DNA of 2,564 nucleotides, from the sequence record PZ049725.1; one strand, 5' to 3'. The position numbers and the translations under genes were made by a program. The first letter of the stretch is position 1, and each line of letters starts with the position of its first letter. The notes beneath the pieces are model-generated. The model was not told the DNA's origin and searched no databases. It was given only the letters and a program-made list of their open reading frames with translations. This document shows positions 1 to 2,564 of this stretch, one piece after another. This stretch comes from a phage.

Positions 1-64
1 TAAATTCAGAATAATCAATTTGTTGTGGGACTTCCACTTCTTCGACTATTGAAGCACTTCGCAG

Positions 65-961
65 TTAAGCTCCAGCTTCAACTTTAGGCTTCAATACTGC
101 GAAAGCTCCATCTTTTATTGGCAAGTGAGCTAATCTCATAGTTGCTTTTATAGCTATCATGTCATTTTCAGCCAATGAAAGTGGTTTACCATCTCCCATA
201 GTTACTGATTGTAACGTAGCTTCTTTTAATATTTCAAACTCGATACCCTCTCTTATCCCAACTATAGATTTTGACCAATCACCGCATAATAACTCTGCTT
301 TAGTTTTATCAAATGCACCATTTCTAACAAAAGTTAAAGGTAAATCATATAAAGAATTTTCTTTCATACCCATAACCGCTAATTGATTTCCATTTGCATC
401 TCTTAAGTTTCTTAATTCCCTCTTCAATCCGTAATGTCCAGCAAATCCGTTTGGATCTAAGTTTTTATCTTCTATTTCAGCCATAACATCAGATATATCT
501 AAATCTAAAGATTGTGTATTTCTTGTTATTACATTTCCTGCGTCTGTAGCTGATTTTAATACATTTCCTGTGAATGGAGAGTCAACTCCAAATAAACAAG
601 CTTTATCTATTGTTGTATAGAAAGCTTCGGCTATTTGAGGTTTTAATTCTGAAAATACATCTATAGTAGTATCATTTAATTTTTCTCTAGTAACAGGTAT
701 TATTACAGCTATTTTTTTAGCTTGCATTTCTGGGAATATCCAAGAAGCTTTAGAAGTGTTTATTCTTTCAGATTCTCCAACCCAGTAAGCACCTGGCTTA
801 TCTGCCCATACTTGGAATTTCATAGTATCAGACTTCATAGGCTTAACATCTGATAACTGTAATATCGATGAACCTCTTGCTATTTCATCCATTATCCCAG
901 GAGCAACCTCAACTGGAACAAACCCTTTTAAATTATCCTTTAAGTATTTAGTATCCGCCAT
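65..961 (-). CDS. Phage major capsid protein, HK97-fold type (298 aa), no N-terminal delta/scaffold domain
   Basis: Complete ORF from ATG at 959-961 to TAA at 65-67. Purine-rich RBS (AAAGGATGG, complement of ~971-980) lies about 9 nt upstream. It sits immediately downstream of a coiled-coil scaffold-like gene, the canonical scaffold-then-capsid order. The translation (MADTKYLKDNLKGFVPVEVAPGI...) has the length and composition typical of HK97-family capsid proteins of Firmicutes siphophages. Family assignment is from recognition, not from a search. Confidence 0.8.
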   Translation of the reverse strand: MADTKYLKDNLKGFVPVEVAPGIMDEIARGSSILQLSDVKPMKSDTMKFQVWADKPGAYWVGESERINTSKASWIFPEMQAKKIAVIIPVTREKLNDTTIDVFSELKPQIAEAFYTTIDKACLFGVDSPFTGNVLKSATDAGNVITRNTQSLDLDISDVMAEIEDKNLDPNGFAGHYGLKRELRNLRDANGNQLAVMGMKENSLYDLPLTFVRNGAFDKTKAELLCGDWSKSIVGIREGIEFEILKEATLQSVTMGDGKPLSLAENDMIAIKATMRLAHLPIKDGAFAVLKPKVEAGA

Positions 962-970
962 ATTTAAGCA

Positions 971-980
971 CCATCCTTTT
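971..980 (-). promoter_or_regulatory. Purine-rich Shine-Dalgarno-like site for the major capsid gene
   Basis: Minus strand reads AAAAGGATGG in the 19-nt gap between the scaffold stop (981-983) and the capsid ATG (959-961). Confidence 0.45.
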
Positions 981-1547
981 TTATTTTCTTAATGAATTAT
1001 TTCTGATAGCATCCATGAAAGTTGATTGACTATCATTGCCATCTGATTTGTTATTATTTCTAGCAAAATTTCCTACCCCTCCTGTATCTTGAGGAGTGTT
1101 ATCTTCAAATAGATATTTTTTACTTTCTTTTAGAGAACTTATTTGTTCTTCTAATCCTACTATTTTTCCATCTTCTAACTTCAAGTTTTCTTTTGTTAAG
1201 TACACCTCCAAAGCTTTACTATCTATACACCCAGCTTCTTTCAATGCATCTCTTAATGAATAGCTAAAGTCCTTATCTTCTGCTTCTTTTTTAAGTTTCT
1301 CTATAGTCTTTTCATGTTCTCCAATAGTACTTTGAAGAGTTTGGTTGTCAGAGTTATTCTTCTTTAAAGTTTCTATTGTTTTGCTAGATGTTTTCAATTG
1401 AGTTTCTAATTCTTTTTTCTGATCATTAACTTTATCGAATCTAGCTTTAGGTATAAAGTTTCCATCATCAACCATTATCTTTTTATCTCCAAGTTTTTCT
1501 ACAACTTGGTTATAAAGTTCTTCGCCTAATAATTGTTTTAAATCCAT
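981..1547 (-). CDS. Phage scaffolding protein (coiled-coil; Phage_GP20/DUF4355-like), 188 aa
   Basis: Complete ORF from ATG at 1545-1547 to TAA at 981-983. GGAGG (complement of 1557-1561) lies 9 nt upstream of the ATG. N-terminus MDLKQLLGEELYNQVVEKLGDKK...FIPKARFDKVN followed by a long E/K-rich heptad-like region and an N/S/D-rich C-terminal tail, which is typical of phage scaffold proteins. Position directly upstream of the capsid gene supports the call. Confidence 0.7.
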   Translation of the reverse strand: MDLKQLLGEELYNQVVEKLGDKKIMVDDGNFIPKARFDKVNDQKKELETQLKTSSKTIETLKKNNSDNQTLQSTIGEHEKTIEKLKKEAEDKDFSYSLRDALKEAGCIDSKALEVYLTKENLKLEDGKIVGLEEQISSLKESKKYLFEDNTPQDTGGVGNFARNNNKSDGNDSQSTFMDAIRNNSLRK

Positions 1548-1732
1548 TACTTAGCACCTCCATCTATTTTTATCTTCCCTAGCTTAACTATTATTTCATT
1601 GTCACTATTTATTTCAGCTATAGGATTTTCATATTTTTCAATATCGAGCTTCACAGAAATAGTTGGAGTACTTGGAGTATTTGTAAACCAAAGTGTATTA
1701 TTTGGATTAAAATCAATTTTAATATCTTTCAT
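1547..1732 (-). CDS. Small hypothetical protein (61 aa) in the head module; start reassigned to an internal ATG
   Basis: The track ORF 1547..1771 begins at an ATG with no Shine-Dalgarno sequence. The in-frame ATG at 1730-1732 (MKDIKIDFNPNN...) is preceded by a perfect GGAGG (complement of 1739-1743) with a 6-nt spacer. Its TAA stop (1547-1549) overlaps the scaffold ATG (1545-1547) as TAATG, suggesting translational coupling. No recognisable domain by eye. Confidence 0.55.
   Translation of the reverse strand: MKDIKIDFNPNNTLWFTNTPSTPTISVKLDIEKYENPIAEINSDNEIIVKLGKIKIDGGAK
1557..1561 (-). promoter_or_regulatory. Shine-Dalgarno site (GGAGG) for the scaffold gene, embedded in the 3' end of the upstream small ORF
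   Basis: Plus strand reads cctcc at 1557-1561, so GGAGG on the minus strand, 9 nt upstream of the scaffold ATG at 1545-1547. Confidence 0.6.
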
Positions 1733-1738
1733 TTGTAT

Positions 1739-1743
1739 CCTCC
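1739..1743 (-). promoter_or_regulatory. Shine-Dalgarno site (GGAGG) for the 61-aa ORF
   Basis: Plus strand reads cctcc at 1739-1743, so GGAGG on the minus strand, 6 nt upstream of the ATG at 1730-1732. Confidence 0.7.
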
Positions 1744-1787
1744 ATACGTTTTTTAGTTGTAACGACAACATAGATTAAGCTTGATTT

Positions 1788-1836
1788 GTTCTTTTACGCC
1801 TGCAATAGAAGCTAAAAAGGCGCATAAAAAAAGAAC
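1788..1836. repeat. Bipartite imperfect inverted repeat (8-bp outer arms plus 5-bp inner arms)
   Basis: gttctttt (1788-1795) pairs with aaaagaac (1829-1836), and cgcct (1797-1801) pairs with aggcg (1818-1822), around a 16-nt loop with an asymmetric internal bulge. It lies immediately downstream (in minus-strand sense) of the stop of the orphan frame and about 55 nt upstream of the small-ORF RBS. Confidence 0.3.
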
Positions 1837-1941
1837 TTATAAAAAGTCCTTACCGTATTCTTTAAACCATTTATCTAGTTTTGCATTGCTTTCACCGTCT
1901 ATCCAATTTCTAAGTTCCTCGCCTATTTGGTCGAGTTCTTT
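1837..1941 (-). other. Start-less protein-like open frame (34 codons plus stop): candidate 3' exon or C-terminal remnant of an upstream gene
   Basis: Minus-strand frame translates to KELDQIGEELRNWIDGESNAKLDKWFKEYGKDFL and ends at TAA (1837-1839). It is bounded upstream by an in-frame TGA (1942-1944). It contains no in-frame ATG, GTG or TTG. Its composition (G, E, D, W, R) is less AT-biased than the surrounding spacer. It is on the same strand as every other gene and in a different frame from the HNH ORF. Confidence 0.3.
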
Positions 1942-1960
1942 TCAAGCACTGGTATAGTAG

Positions 1961-1992
1961 TACATATAATAAAAGCACCTAATTAAAGGTGC
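1961..1992 (-). terminator. Candidate intrinsic terminator or structured RNA element at the 3' end of the HNH gene
   Basis: Minus-strand RNA forms a 6-bp stem (GCACCU, loop UUAAUU, AGGUGC; plus coordinates 1975-1992) followed directly by a U-rich tract UUUUAUUAUAU (complement of 1964-1974). The HNH stop codon (1983-1985) sits in the loop. The stem is short with 4 GC pairs, so this is marginal. Confidence 0.35.
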
Positions 1993-2564
1993 ATATCCGA
2001 TAAATATTTATAAAATTGTTTTCTAGTTGTTTTTTCACCTTTATATTTGTTGTGAAATTTATTATGACAACTTACACAAAGAGTTACTCCATTGTCTAAA
2101 TCTAATCTTAAATCTTTATGATCATAGCTATCCAGATGGTGTGCCACTAAATTGTATCCATCATCTTTGGTTTTACCACATATCTTGCAAGTATAATCAT
2201 CTCTTTCTCTAACACTTTTACTCCAAGACTTATATCCAAATATTCCACGATTTTCAATTCTATGATTTTCGGATATATTGTTATCATATCTTCCATTGTT
2301 TTTACCACTATTAGCTTTAGATATTTTCCTTTTATACTCTTTCGTCTGCATTACTTTTCTAAGATTATCCCTGCTTTCAGTAGAGTTTAAATAAGTATTG
2401 GCTATGTTTTTAGAATTATTTACAAATGCTTCTCTGTCGGATTTATCTGTATTCTTCCACCAATTATCAAAAGCTTCTTTTCTGCTTCTTGTATTAATTC
2501 CTAATTTTCTTAATTGTCTTGATAAATTTCCACTATCACAATTAAGTTCTTTAGATATCATAGG
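1983..2564 (-). CDS. HNH-family (beta-beta-alpha-Me) endonuclease, likely homing-type; 5' end may lie beyond the window edge
   Basis: ORF open to the right edge of the window; first in-window ATG at 2559-2561; stop TAA at 1983-1985. The C-terminal region (aa 125-170 of the in-window ORF, about nt 2052-2189) contains the HNH signature: C-K-I-C ... N-L-V-A-H-H-L-D ... N-G-V-T-L-C-V-S-C-H-N-K-F-H, i.e. two CxxC pairs, catalytic His and a conserved Asn. The N-terminus (ISKELNCDSGNLSRQLRKLGI) resembles a short helix-turn-helix DNA-binding motif seen in phage homing endonucleases, followed by a basic K/R/N-rich linker. Confidence 0.85.
   Translation of the reverse strand, partial: PMISKELNCDSGNLSRQLRKLGINTRSRKEAFDNWWKNTDKSDREAFVNNSKNIANTYLNSTESRDNLRKVMQTKEYKRKISKANSGKNNGRYDNNISENHRIENRGIFGYKSWSKSVRERDDYTCKICGKTKDDGYNLVAHHLDSYDHKDLRLDLDNGVTLCVSCHNKFHNKYKGEKTTRKQFYKYLSDMHL

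Noticed and set aside
37-54. Short hairpin (cttc/gaag stem) downstream of the capsid stop as a possible terminator
   Set aside because: Only a 4-bp stem with a 7-nt loop and no following U-tract on the minus strand, so it is too weak to call.
159-386. Plus-strand 75-aa ORF from the six-frame track
   Set aside because: It lies entirely antisense within the well-supported capsid gene, has no RBS and a low-complexity S/N/I-rich translation. It is most likely a shadow ORF from AT-rich codon bias.
530-570. 11-bp direct repeat tacatttcctg (530-540 and 560-570) spaced exactly 30 bp apart
   Set aside because: It lies inside the capsid coding sequence and simply encodes a repeated G-N-V-[LI] peptide motif (TGNVL and AGNVI). 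It is not a separate element.
1733-1771. Longer 74-aa version of the small ORF starting at the ATG at 1769-1771
   Set aside because: The upstream ATG has no Shine-Dalgarno sequence, whereas the internal ATG at 1730-1732 has a perfect GGAGG at optimal spacing. The 13-codon N-terminal extension is therefore unlikely to be translated.
1836-1866. Possible sigma70-type promoter on the minus strand (-10-like TATAAG at 1836-1841, with TTTAAA at 1861-1866 as a -35 candidate)
   Set aside because: The spacer is 19 nt and the -35 match is poor. AT-rich sequence produces many such hexamers by chance. Not callable without transcript mapping.
2027-2212. Plus-strand 61-aa ORF from the six-frame track
   Set aside because: It is antisense inside the HNH gene and overlaps the region encoding the catalytic motif. 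Its translation is an implausible hydrophobic, Cys/His-rich string and it has no RBS. Treated as a shadow ORF.
1-2564. Looked for CRISPR repeats, tRNA-like cloverleaf sequences, rRNA, and insertion sequence inverted repeats or transposase genes
   Set aside because: No regularly spaced direct repeats, no tRNA-like conserved boxes and no transposase-like ORF were seen. The only mobile-element-like gene is the HNH endonuclease, reported above.

Overview
This window reads as part of the head-morphogenesis (late) module of a tailed phage or prophage from an AT-rich, probably Firmicutes-type host. All convincing genes are on the minus strand, in this transcriptional order (high to low coordinates): an HNH-family endonuclease gene that runs off the right edge (1983..2564), a ~250-bp gene-poor spacer (1733..1982), a small 61-aa ORF with a strong GGAGG ribosome-binding site (1547..1732), a coiled-coil scaffolding-type protein (981..1547) and an HK97-fold major capsid protein (65..961). 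The most unusual part is the spacer: it holds a 34-codon protein-like open frame with no start codon, a hairpin over the HNH stop codon and a bipartite inverted repeat. Together these suggest the HNH gene is a mobile insertion, possibly intron-borne, in or next to an upstream head or packaging gene; this is inference only. I saw no tRNA, rRNA or CRISPR array. All protein identifications rest on reading the translations by eye; no database search was run.
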